In this document: in pieces, positions 8,926 through 16,941 of the stretch
How the letters are laid out: every line of letters starts with the position of its first letter
How positions within the stretch are numbered: position 1 is the first letter of the stretch
From: a virus
Taxonomy: Duplodnaviria; Heunggongvirae; Uroviricota; Caudoviricetes
Reading direction: 5' to 3' (one strand)
Virus record (IMG/VR): IMGVR_UViG_3300035696_002535
DNA length: 64,000 nucleotides
Program-made: the position numbers and the translations under genes
The notes under the pieces: generated by a model
Databases searched by the model: none
Told to the model about the DNA's origin: nothing
What the model saw: only the letters and a program-made list of their open reading frames with translations

Positions 8926-9192
8926 TCAGTCTGGGAACATTTCATCTAGCTCTTGGTCTACTCTGTCATAATCCTCTTTCGTAAGAACTTTGTCTGGCAA
9001 ACGAGTGAAGGAATCAATCATTTTTCCTTCAACTTCTTTTATTTCGTAAGTAAGAGAATCACCTTCTGCTATACCCAATACAGACAACTTATTTCTATCT
9101 ATCTGAGCAAATGAAATATGCCCTTCTTCATCAACAAGCTTTAGGTAACCAGTACCCTCGTCACACTTGTCGACATGGCCTATCCAAAGCAT
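8926..9192 (-). CDS. hypothetical protein
   Basis: 88 aa ORF preceded by the promoter-like motif at 9212-9226. Confidence 0.4.
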   Translation of the reverse strand: MLWIGHVDKCDEGTGYLKLVDEEGHISFAQIDRNKLSVLGIAEGDSLTYEIKEVEGKMIDSFTRLPDKVLTKEDYDRVDQELDEMFPD

Positions 9193-9211
9193 AGGAGCCC
9201 TCTTACCTTAT

Positions 9212-9226
9212 CAATATACTATCTTG
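9212..9226 (-). promoter_or_regulatory. conserved promoter-like motif caatatactatcttg (identical 15-mer at 23811-23825)
   Basis: Sits about 20 nt upstream of the minus-strand start at 9192. On the transcribed strand it reads CAAGATAGTATATTG and contains a -10-like TATATT. Confidence 0.4.
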
Positions 9227-9497
9227 TAATGGGCTGTCCACAATCTTTTTTACCCACAGGTTGATAAACAAACCACAAGATAACAATGACAGGCACAAAA
9301 ACCGTTTCGGACAGAATACATGCCCATACGATATTTCCAACACAAACTTTGTATTGAACGCAAGGATCTTTCTCGTCTGCGTTAATGAGACCGTACGGAG
9401 TAACCGTCTTTCCATTCACGTAAAGGTCATGGGCGCATCCAGACATCGTACAGGCCAGTAACGAGACGCACAGCAGCAAAGACACGAGCTTTTTCAT
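9219..9497 (-). CDS. small lipoprotein (start moved to 'MKKLVSLLLCVSLLACTMSGC')
   Basis: Signal peptide plus lipobox 'LLAC'. Confidence 0.45.
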   Translation of the reverse strand: MKKLVSLLLCVSLLACTMSGCAHDLYVNGKTVTPYGLINADEKDPCVQYKVCVGNIVWACILSETVFVPVIVILWFVYQPVGKKDCGQPITR

Positions 9498-9530
9498 AAG
9501 ACCCTCTTTTGAGTTAAAGTTATCTGTATT

Positions 9531-9547
9531 CAATATACTTTTTTAAC
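9531..9547 (-). promoter_or_regulatory. conserved promoter-like motif caatatacttttttaac
   Basis: About 35 nt upstream of the lipoprotein ATG; belongs to the same motif family as 15620, 28775 and 40627. Confidence 0.35.
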
Positions 9548-9594
9548 AATGCAGTTAATACATATTTTTATAATTATCTATTAATATCTGTTTC

Positions 9595-10578
9595 ATGTGT
9601 GTTACCCTGTTTAAGTACAAACAAAGGAGATATATGAACACTAAAAACATTCCAAAAAAAGATGTACTTGATCTTTATTCCTCTAGTAAGTCTGTTCTCT
9701 ACATAGCCAGCAAATATGGTGTGTCTACCAAACCAATATACAAGATACTAAAGGATAACAATGTTAAATTGAAAACCTATTCTGAGTCTGCTAGAAGATA
9801 TCCTTTAAATGAAAACTATTTTAACAAAATAGACACCCCTGAAAAAGCGTATTTTGTTGGACTCCTTTATGCAGATGGGTACAACAACAGAGCAAGAAAT
9901 TCTGTAATACTAAGTTTAGAAGAGCATGACAAATATTTGTTGGAGAGACTATCTTCTTTCATTTTTATAGGAAAAAGAGAGCTACTGTATATAAAACCAC
10001 CAAAAAGAAAGAAAAAAATCAACGGTAAATATATTAACACTAATCCGGCATATCGTTTGACCATAACTAGTAAAAATGTAAGTTCTGTTTTAAGGCAACA
10101 CGGAATGGATGAGCATAAAACAAAAAATCTTAAATTTCCTAAATGGCTCTCTCCAAAGCTACTTCGACATTTTATAAGGGGGTATTTTGATGGGGACGGA
10201 TACACAGGTATCAACAAAAAAAGAAAAGATGCAGAAGTTAGTATAATAGGTACCGAAAGTTTTATAAAAAACACAATCAAAGTAATAAAAACTAAACTTA
10301 ATATTACCGTTTTAAAGAAAAAGCACATATCCAAGGGTATTCTTTGTTTAAGAATTTGTGGTAACATACAGGTTTTAAAATTTCTTAATTGGATCTATAA
10401 AGATAGTTCTTTATTTCTAACAAGAAAACATGATAAATATAAAGAATTGCTGCAAATCAGATATAGCATAGAAAATAAGCCAAAAAAACTTTGTTCCTTA
10501 TGTAAAAATGAGCACTACGGTAAAGGACTGTGCTTTAGCCACTGGAGAAAAGCCCGTTATCGTGAACTTAAACTTTAA
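9595..10578 (+). CDS. LAGLIDADG homing endonuclease, free-standing, two-motif (single-chain) type
   Basis: Two LAGLIDADG motifs, 'FVGLLYADGY' and 'GYFDGDGY'. It is the only plus-strand gene inside a 40 kb minus-strand block, with a divergent low-complexity flank. Confidence 0.75.
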   Translation: MCVTLFKYKQRRYMNTKNIPKKDVLDLYSSSKSVLYIASKYGVSTKPIYKILKDNNVKLKTYSESARRYPLNENYFNKIDTPEKAYFVGLLYADGYNNRARNSVILSLEEHDKYLLERLSSFIFIGKRELLYIKPPKRKKKINGKYINTNPAYRLTITSKNVSSVLRQHGMDEHKTKNLKFPKWLSPKLLRHFIRGYFDGDGYTGINKKRKDAEVSIIGTESFIKNTIKVIKTKLNITVLKKKHISKGILCLRICGNIQVLKFLNWIYKDSSLFLTRKHDKYKELLQIRYSIENKPKKLCSLCKNEHYGKGLCFSHWRKARYRELKL

Positions 10579-11162
10579 ATAACACCGTCTTCAGCAAACC
10601 TTAAGAACACAAGATAAGCTTTGGCTCCTATTTTATTGTCAGGATTTTCTATAACAATTTTAACTTGTTTTCTATTTAAAAGAAAAATCTGGATGTCTTC
10701 AGATGATTCATTTTTTTCAAGGTTGATAGTACCTTCTGCTTCTACGAAAAACATGTATGTAGATTCATTTGTTAACCCAGCACTACTGAAAACAGGAGAT
10801 CTAGTTTTTCTTAATATTTTTTTTATCTTTAAACCTGTTTCTTCGAAAAGTTCTCTTTTGGCAGTCTCCTCAGGGGATTCCCCATAATCTATTAGTCCTG
10901 CGGCACACCCGTATTCATAGTCTTGAAGGGGGATACGAAACTCTTTGATAACAACAAGTCGTGGATTTGGATGGGGATTCGTGTTGTCTTCTGTATCAGG
11001 ATCATCCCCAGGGACTATCGCCACGATTACAACAGCGTTTTGATTCCCCGGGCGTTCAGCCGATATCCACTCTTTACGTTGCCCAGTCTTGTCTTCATAA
11101 ACGGTGCGCACCAGATTAAGGAAACGGCTTTCAGCTATGTTGTGTTTTTCTCGGATTTTCAT
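10575..11162 (-). CDS. NUDIX hydrolase
   Basis: A perfect Nudix box, 'GLIDYGESPEETAKRELFEETGL' (GX5EX7REUXEEXGU). Confidence 0.8.
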   Translation of the reverse strand: MKIREKHNIAESRFLNLVRTVYEDKTGQRKEWISAERPGNQNAVVIVAIVPGDDPDTEDNTNPHPNPRLVVIKEFRIPLQDYEYGCAAGLIDYGESPEETAKRELFEETGLKIKKILRKTRSPVFSSAGLTNESTYMFFVEAEGTINLEKNESSEDIQIFLLNRKQVKIVIENPDNKIGAKAYLVFLRFAEDGVI

Positions 11163-11441
11163 CTACATCCCCTTTGCGTAATCATATTTGTCATCTGAAC
11201 TGTCGAAAGCCTCACGGTGACCGTCCGCGTGTCCCTCATTATAACCGATGTTTAAGGCATATCGGATCAAAGCCCCGATGTCAGTCTTTTTGATGATCAG
11301 CAAGACCCCATTTTCTTCAGCTCGAGCTTTAATCCAGCTACCATATATTTTAATCCCATGCTTCTTCTGAGCATCCAATAAGATTCTATTTACTCGTCCT
11401 CTTGGCATAGCAATCTCTCCGCTAGTTAAAAAAACTACCAA
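11163..11441 (-). CDS. hypothetical protein
   Basis: 92 aa ORF packed between the NUDIX and macro genes. Confidence 0.4.
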   Translation of the reverse strand: MVVFLTSGEIAMPRGRVNRILLDAQKKHGIKIYGSWIKARAEENGVLLIIKKTDIGALIRYALNIGYNEGHADGHREAFDSSDDKYDYAKGM

Positions 11442-12051
11442 GATCAGAAGTGTCGACTATTGTCGTATCAGCCGTGGAATCAATGTCAGGAGGAATCACA
11501 ACATCTCCTAGATCACTGGAGATATCGACTTTTGATGTATCAGCTGTATCATTCTCGTACTTGGTCGGCCACCGGTCTTTTTGAGATGGAATGGTATAAA
11601 CATATGTATCAACCGTCATAACTTTTTTGATGATATTCTCAATTGTCAACCAATCACCCCCCGCGAGTACACAGCCTATCCTCGGCATGGCCACCGTCCA
11701 CCCATGTTCTAAAGCATGCTTGTATACATTAGTTAAACATTTTTCCACGGCATCATATCGTATTGGAGGAATTTTGCCTCTCCAACGGATCTCGTGCTGG
11801 GCAATCATATTCGCAACCATCACATCTTCTGCAAAAGGCACAAGTTGTATAGCGCCAAGTTCATATCCTCCTTCTGGCCCTTCAAGGGACCATTTCCGAT
11901 ATGCTTTTTCTGGATCTTTATTTTTCTTAGATAGAGCCATAACGAACCCAGCGCCCCACGCTCCGGGTACACAGTCGTTGCAGACGTGCGAGATTATAGC
12001 AGGCTTAACGATTGGTTCTGTTGCATCCCCGATAAGATAATGTAGTTCCAT
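11422..12051 (-). CDS. macro-domain protein (Poa1p/Macro_2-like ADP-ribose / ADP-ribose-1''-phosphate processing)
   Basis: 'IISHVCNDCVPGAWGAGFVMAL' matches the hhvCNc..mGaGiA signature of Poa1p-like macro domains. Confidence 0.5.
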   Translation of the reverse strand: MELHYLIGDATEPIVKPAIISHVCNDCVPGAWGAGFVMALSKKNKDPEKAYRKWSLEGPEGGYELGAIQLVPFAEDVMVANMIAQHEIRWRGKIPPIRYDAVEKCLTNVYKHALEHGWTVAMPRIGCVLAGGDWLTIENIIKKVMTVDTYVYTIPSQKDRWPTKYENDTADTSKVDISSDLGDVVIPPDIDSTADTTIVDTSDLGSFFN

Positions 12052-12052
12052 A

Positions 12053-12613
12053 TTAGCCTGCTTTCTGACTTGCCTCTAAAAATTCTAGATTCATTTCAAG
12101 ATGTTTTGATAGCCTCATTCTCTCCGGTCTGGTACCTACGTTAAAAATTGAGATACCCTTTTCTGCCGCTATCCGTAACGCCTGAGATGTGCCACCTTTA
12201 GTTACATACTTACTCCAAAACAGTACAGCAGAAACTGGAGTATTTAAATCTCTTCCCAATATCTGCAGACCATTTCTAGCATGTAAACATTTTGCTCCGT
12301 ATGATAAGTCAAACCATACCGGATGAAAATCTTCTGCCAAAGCAAAAGCCTGTTGTTTAATGGCATCGGGGATTTCTTTGCTCTTGAAATAGAGAGTGGA
12401 CTTGTTATCGTTAAATCCCTTCCAAGGAAGAAAGATTTCTTTCTCCCCTTTGCCTAGATCACAACCCTCTTCAAAAGCTTTGTCGGCACCATCTGCTCCG
12501 CCTGATCGGAGTACCCATCCTTTTTCCGCAAGTAGCTGACCGAGCTTTTTCATAATCTCAAGGACTTCAGAAGGCGTTTCCCTGGAGCCTATCCCGGCGT
12601 AATAGAGCTTCAT
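12053..12613 (-). CDS. DprA/Smf-like Rossmann-fold (SLOG superfamily) protein, stand-alone 186 aa
   Basis: 'YAGIGSRETP...VLRSGGADGADKAFEEG', 'CLHARNGLQILGR' and 'TKGGTSQALRIAAEKGISIF' follow the DprA Rossmann domain order (GSRxxS / SGxAxGxD / RNRiI / SGaLiTA). Confidence 0.55.
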   Translation of the reverse strand: MKLYYAGIGSRETPSEVLEIMKKLGQLLAEKGWVLRSGGADGADKAFEEGCDLGKGEKEIFLPWKGFNDNKSTLYFKSKEIPDAIKQQAFALAEDFHPVWFDLSYGAKCLHARNGLQILGRDLNTPVSAVLFWSKYVTKGGTSQALRIAAEKGISIFNVGTRPERMRLSKHLEMNLEFLEASQKAG

Positions 12614-12825
12614 TTATGTTTTTTCCTGCCTTTGGATTTCTTTTTTGTTTTAATTATTTCCCAATTTATAGGAAGACCCACATCATACAAACAGATGCTA
12701 GGAGCACCCCAGGCTTCTTTTGGACGTACAATACACGTTGCGTTACCACAAGCATCGCATTTATAGCGTTCCACTATGTCTCCTCCAGAACATTTGTTTT
12801 TACAAAGGGGGGGCTTGTTTTTCAA
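12610..12825 (-). CDS. small Zn-ribbon protein
   Basis: 'CKNKCSGGD...CDACGNATC' (CxxxC...CxxC). Confidence 0.35.
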   Translation of the reverse strand: MKNKPPLCKNKCSGGDIVERYKCDACGNATCIVRPKEAWGAPSICLYDVGLPINWEIIKTKKKSKGRKKHK

Positions 12826-12844
12826 AGCCCCCTTTGATAAGTGC

Positions 12845-13528
12845 TTATACCTTCGGAGCTGCTCCTGCCTTCAATGAAGCAAAAAGAGCCGAGCCCTTAG
12901 TCTTACCGAGTGCTTCGTCGGCCTGTTGTGCAAGCGATTTGGACGGTTCGGCTTGCTTGACCATTTCCGAGGAAACACGAAGCTGTTCATCGAGTTTCCG
13001 GCGTCTCTCCTTAAACCTCTGGACAGCCGAGCCAGATTTACCTGTATCGACATTGACTAGTGACTTGTTGGCATCTGTCACTGCCTGCTGGGTTTTCATG
13101 ATCTCCAGGTCGTTCTGGCATTCCCGCATATGATCTTCCAATGCGGCTTTAGAATCTTCGAACTGCGTGAGCAGGCCTTCTTGCTGAGTCATGGCACCCT
13201 TCAAGACGTCGAGTTTTGCCTGGAACCCTTCGACTTCCTTGCAAAGCTGTTCGGCCAGTTTATCGGTGGCATCGGTATGCTTGGCAATGAGAGCCTGGGC
13301 CTTATTCGTATCATTGTTGATCTGATCCTGAAGATCTTTCATGTCGTCGGTCAATTGACTCATACGGGCTTTGATATGCCCCAGGTTCTCCATGACCGTT
13401 TGCATATCGTGCTTCATGTCTTCCATGTCGTTTTTTGCGAATTCGACGGGGTCAGAATTTTCGAGACTTTCGGCGGCTTTTCTGTCAGTTACCCGAAAGA
13501 AACCTTTGAGTGCGCCAAGGAGTGCCAT
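12845..13528 (-). CDS. pspA: PspA/IM30 (Vipp1) family protein, bacterial ESCRT-III-like
   Basis: The N-terminus 'ENSDPVEFAKNDMEDMKHDMQTVMENLGHIKA' matches the PspA_IM30 start (EDPekmleqairdmeedl). Long coiled-coil throughout. Confidence 0.7.
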   Translation of the reverse strand: MALLGALKGFFRVTDRKAAESLENSDPVEFAKNDMEDMKHDMQTVMENLGHIKARMSQLTDDMKDLQDQINNDTNKAQALIAKHTDATDKLAEQLCKEVEGFQAKLDVLKGAMTQQEGLLTQFEDSKAALEDHMRECQNDLEIMKTQQAVTDANKSLVNVDTGKSGSAVQRFKERRRKLDEQLRVSSEMVKQAEPSKSLAQQADEALGKTKGSALFASLKAGAAPKV

Positions 13529-13558
13529 AAATAATTCCCCTTTCTAGGGAGTTAAGGT

Positions 13559-14173
13559 TTATTTGTGAAAAAGTTCCACTTCGCTGTTTTTGACCATACA
13601 ACCGTACCACGTTTCGACGTAGCCTTTTACAGTGTCTCCCTTCCAATCCATGAGACAGTAATTGTTACCGCCGTTCTCATCATTGGTGTAGTACTCGCCA
13701 AGGCTGCAGATCCCTTCTCCATCGGTAGTGCTCTCAAAATTGACACCGTAGGAAGAAGTCTGCCTATCCCAGGTAACAGCGTGTTTCCCGGAGGCATCTG
13801 TTACTTGAGCCTCGAATCGGGCTACAAAATCTTTACCGGCTTCATCGAAGAAGGCCAATAGAGGACACTGAGGCTGGCTTGTGGGAGCAGCATAAACAGG
13901 TCCTGATGCTCCAATGTCTTTGAAGAATACATAGGCTTCAAAGGCCTCCTTCATCGTTTTGATGAGAAGCAAATAAAGATCGTGAGCGGCATTGGGGGCT
14001 TCGACCACGTAACCGTAATATTTGAAGACCCCATTAGGTTCCGAATACGTGCGGACTTCCCTGATAGGAAAATCCACCGACAGCTTGTTATACTCTGCCT
14101 GCGTCTGCAGATCAGAGAGGGAGACTAAATCTCCCACCTGGAATCCTGCGAAATCTGCGATTTTTTTTATCAT
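13559..14173 (-). CDS. uncharacterised protein, paralog family A (paralog of 28801..29391)
   Basis: The C-terminus 'NNYCLMDWKGDTVKGYVETWYGCMVKNSEVELF' aligns with 'QNLCLIDWKGDNKTGKLEVWYGQKVKKREVRLF' of ORF 28801..29391. The N-terminal halves also align. The ATGA start overlaps the upstream gene's stop. Confidence 0.5.
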   Translation of the reverse strand: MIKKIADFAGFQVGDLVSLSDLQTQAEYNKLSVDFPIREVRTYSEPNGVFKYYGYVVEAPNAAHDLYLLLIKTMKEAFEAYVFFKDIGASGPVYAAPTSQPQCPLLAFFDEAGKDFVARFEAQVTDASGKHAVTWDRQTSSYGVNFESTTDGEGICSLGEYYTNDENGGNNYCLMDWKGDTVKGYVETWYGCMVKNSEVELFHK

Positions 14174-14778
14174 GCTATCAACACCACAAGAAGAATAATA
14201 CCGCCAACTACCACAGCAGTACCAGCACATACACCAACATAAAAAAGAGTTCCATGATGGTGATATGTAACGGGGATTGGTTGATTATATGGCTGGCTAG
14301 CATTTGCCACTATAGCGTCTGTGGCCGCAAGAGCGATCCACAACCCCAAAGGATTGTAATACCCATAGCATCCGTCATGGAAAACAACAGTGTAAGAAAC
14401 TCCACCGCGCATCACTGTGGAAGGAATGTAAGCTGGTCGTACTGCAGGCTGAGACGTAAACTTGTTATTGAATGCGGCCTGGGCTGAGGCTTGAGAATTA
14501 AAAGCTTTTGTTCCCATGGCATCAGACTTCTGCATGCTGGCATTCAGGGCACTTGGAGCAGTTGCCACAGGCTTTGAGGCCGAGGCAGCTGTAGGTGACG
14601 ACACAGTGGAAGTGCTGGATCTGGAACTCGACATACTTGGTGCCGGACTTGCCTTAGGAGATGAGAAGCTACTGGATCGAGAACTTGAAAAACCACCAGA
14701 TGAACCTCCCCTGGCAAGCAAATCCGACGTACCGAGCAACAGCAAACCGCAGACTAGGACTGAAAGAAAACGTTTCAT
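14170..14778 (-). CDS. secreted Ser/Ala-rich protein with C-terminal membrane anchor
   Basis: Signal peptide 'MKRFLSVLVCGLLLLG'; long Ser-rich low-complexity segment; C-terminal hydrophobic 'GTAVVVGGIILLVVLIA'. Confidence 0.5.
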   Translation of the reverse strand: MKRFLSVLVCGLLLLGTSDLLARGGSSGGFSSSRSSSFSSPKASPAPSMSSSRSSTSTVSSPTAASASKPVATAPSALNASMQKSDAMGTKAFNSQASAQAAFNNKFTSQPAVRPAYIPSTVMRGGVSYTVVFHDGCYGYYNPLGLWIALAATDAIVANASQPYNQPIPVTYHHHGTLFYVGVCAGTAVVVGGIILLVVLIA

Positions 14779-14824
14779 GAGACACTCTCCTTTGAAAATG
14801 TTATATGGATTTGGTTAAGGACAC

Positions 14825-15574
14825 TCATGCTTTTTCGAAAAAGATCTCGTCTCCCTTGAGGATGATGTTGATTGGGTCGACTCCATATCCGACTACTTTT
14901 CTCGGGATACTAACCCTGCCATCGTACCATACCTTCAAATTGGGATTGAGCTTGCCGGAATGAATTTTGATCTTGGTTGGATCAACCGTCTGTCCTGGTT
15001 TCCATCCAATGGCTTTGGTAATATCGCCTGGGATCTGTATCCTGCGAACATAGCGGCTCTTGCGAACGAGCCTCACACCCGTTCCAGAGATGTTAGGATG
15101 TGTGCCGTCGTCAAGAAGATCAGGCAGAGGAAGTTGCGAGTCGTCTTTTCGGTCTGTATCTGTCGAAACGACACTGGCTGATCCGGCTGTTCCAGGCTTG
15201 GATAATACCGCCGTAGCCGTCGAAGAAGATATCGGTGAGGGAGAAGCTGAAGCTGGACTCAGGGCGCTGAGATCACTAGGGCTAAATGCCCTCTGGTCAC
15301 GATCCAGATAATCGCCTGCATCCTTCCAGTGAGGGCGATATAGCATGGCGACTCTGTTTCCTCCATTGACGTCGATGGGCTCGGAAACATAATCCTGAAG
15401 CATGGAATCTTTGCCTATGTTGGAGCGAAGCCAATCTCGTACATCCCGATTGCGGATATCCATTTTTAAAGTTGTTTTCTTGATTGCGTTTCCGATATCC
15501 ACTGAGGTAAAGAGTTTCTCCGCAGTGACGAATTCCTGCACCGCTTCTCTGATCGTATCGTCCTTAGGGCACAT
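14825..15574 (-). CDS. hypothetical protein (start moved to 'MCPKDD', which is preceded by AGAGGAGGT)
   Basis: A strong SD 9 nt upstream of the internal ATG; the promoter-like motif lies further upstream. Confidence 0.45.
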   Translation of the reverse strand: MCPKDDTIREAVQEFVTAEKLFTSVDIGNAIKKTTLKMDIRNRDVRDWLRSNIGKDSMLQDYVSEPIDVNGGNRVAMLYRPHWKDAGDYLDRDQRAFSPSDLSALSPASASPSPISSSTATAVLSKPGTAGSASVVSTDTDRKDDSQLPLPDLLDDGTHPNISGTGVRLVRKSRYVRRIQIPGDITKAIGWKPGQTVDPTKIKIHSGKLNPNLKVWYDGRVSIPRKVVGYGVDPINIILKGDEIFFEKA

Positions 15575-15619
15575 GGTACCTCCTCTGGTTTTAAAGATTG
15601 CCTGATTTCGTTCTAACAG

Positions 15620-15635
15620 TAATATACTTTTTTGG
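15620..15635 (-). promoter_or_regulatory. conserved promoter-like motif taatatacttttttgg (identical 16-mer at 28775-28790)
   Basis: About 50 nt upstream of the ATG at 15574. On the transcribed strand it reads CCAAAAAAGTATATTA. Confidence 0.4.
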
Positions 15636-15674
15636 AAAATCGAATCCAAAAGAAAAATAAAATTATTTTTAATT

Positions 15675-15708
15675 AAAAAGGCACCCTATTTCTAGAGTGC
15701 CTTTTTCC
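15675..15708 (-). terminator. rho-independent terminator hairpin (A-run / GGCAC...GTGCC stem / T-run), bidirectional
   Basis: aaaaaGGCACcctatttctagaGTGCCtttttcc lies 36 nt 3' of the RRM gene stop. Confidence 0.55.
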
Positions 15709-15743
15709 AACGAATCATCAACAATTATTCCTACACTGAATAA

Positions 15744-16121
15744 TCATCTACGTCCGTAGTTGCTTCCGCCGCCACCTGCGCCACCATATGGCTTGTTGCC
15801 ACGAGGTTGCTGAGGATGTGCCTCATTGACCTTAAGAGCACGCGGAGGCGAGCCCATTTCTTTTCCATCGAGCTTGAGAGCCTCATCGAGGTTCTCCAAC
15901 TCGATTTCAACGAAACAGAAGCCTTTTGATCTGCCACTGTCACGGTCTGTGATGATATTCACGGTCTTGACCGTTCCAACGCCTGCAAAAAAGTTCCTGA
16001 GATCATCCTCTGTTGCAGCCCAGGGAATGTTCCCCACATACAGTTTCTTTAACACAAAACCCTCCACAGAAAAGTGAAAAATAAACGGCTTTAACACCGC
16101 CCCGTCCAGTTTGGACGACAC
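15744..16121 (-). CDS. RRM-type RNA-binding protein with Gly-rich tail (cyanobacterial Rbp / CIRP-like)
   Basis: RNP2 'LYVGNI', RNP1 'KGFCFVEI', C-terminal 'GGAGGGGSNYGRR'. Confidence 0.8.
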   Translation of the reverse strand: MSSKLDGAVLKPFIFHFSVEGFVLKKLYVGNIPWAATEDDLRNFFAGVGTVKTVNIITDRDSGRSKGFCFVEIELENLDEALKLDGKEMGSPPRALKVNEAHPQQPRGNKPYGGAGGGGSNYGRR

Positions 16122-16136
16122 TGATATAACAGATTA

Positions 16137-16148
16137 AATATACTATCC
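16137..16148 (-). promoter_or_regulatory. promoter-like motif aatatactatcc
   Basis: Sits 16 nt upstream of the RRM gene start; shares the core AATATACTAT. Confidence 0.35.
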
Positions 16149-16177
16149 TTTTCTTTAAATAACAAGGATAATTAAGC

Positions 16178-16876
16178 TTATAATTTATTAGCCCTAGCCA
16201 AACTCAACAGTTTTTCTGCATGGTCTTCTCTAAGTTGGTTGAATCCACGCCCAAAATAAGCTTGATGTTTAAGTAAACCTTTAGCAGAATCAGGGTCGTT
16301 AAACCAAGAAAAATCGTTTAAGACAACCCTACATTTAATTTCATTAATTCCTGAAATAAGATATTTGAATTTTTCCCTTGGATTTATATCTAATTTTTTA
16401 TTAGAGTTTTTCCACTCTTCTTCAGTCAGTTCTTTTCCATTCAACCACCACTCTTTAAAATTGTCAGGATAGATGACGGCTGGTCCTTCTGTTCTATGTT
16501 TTCTTCCGTGTATGTACCAGACTCTAGTTCCATTTTTAAGTGTGACAGCTGGTCCGTTTGTTCTATGAAGTATACGGTCTATAGTCCAAAATTCTCCACC
16601 TTTGTTTTTAGTCATTTCTGTTTTCTTTTGACGAATTTCATAGCCGGTTATTTTGTCTATTCCACAAAGAGTAAATATAGTTTTATTTCCGTCAAGAGAT
16701 CCTTCGATCACCGCAACCTGTTTTCCTATAGCATTTTTTAAAACCTGCTCAGGTTTACTGCTGAGCCACAATTCTCTAGGTTTTTTGCTTCGTTCTTTAT
16801 AGTAGTCACTTAAATCATTTCCCATTTTTTTGACCTTGTGATAGCCTACAAAAACAGGTTCTTGATCGCTTTTCAT
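16178..16876 (-). CDS. repeat protein with 'NGPAV..W(Y/W)xNG..HR..GPAV' units (MORN-variant/YwqK-like)
   Basis: Tandem units 'HRTNGPAVTLKNGTRVWYIHGRKHRTEGPAVIYPDNFKEWWLNGKE'. Confidence 0.35.
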   Translation of the reverse strand: MKSDQEPVFVGYHKVKKMGNDLSDYYKERSKKPRELWLSSKPEQVLKNAIGKQVAVIEGSLDGNKTIFTLCGIDKITGYEIRQKKTEMTKNKGGEFWTIDRILHRTNGPAVTLKNGTRVWYIHGRKHRTEGPAVIYPDNFKEWWLNGKELTEEEWKNSNKKLDINPREKFKYLISGINEIKCRVVLNDFSWFNDPDSAKGLLKHQAYFGRGFNQLREDHAEKLLSLARANKL

Positions 16877-16941
16877 TTGAAACCCCCCATTGACTAAGAT
16901 TAATCACGCTTCTACTCAAAATTAACTCAGATTAAATTAAG

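Noticed and set aside
12800-12845. G7/C5 hairpin (caaaggggggg...ccccctttg) as a terminator for pspA
   Set aside because: It is not followed by a U-tract on the transcribed strand. Its right arm lies inside the coding start of the small Zn-ribbon ORF.
11627-13534. Plus-strand ORFs 11627..12040 (137 aa), 12720..13133 (137 aa) and 13130..13534 (134 aa)
   Set aside because: Antisense to the macro, SLOG/Zn-ribbon and PspA genes; low-complexity translations.
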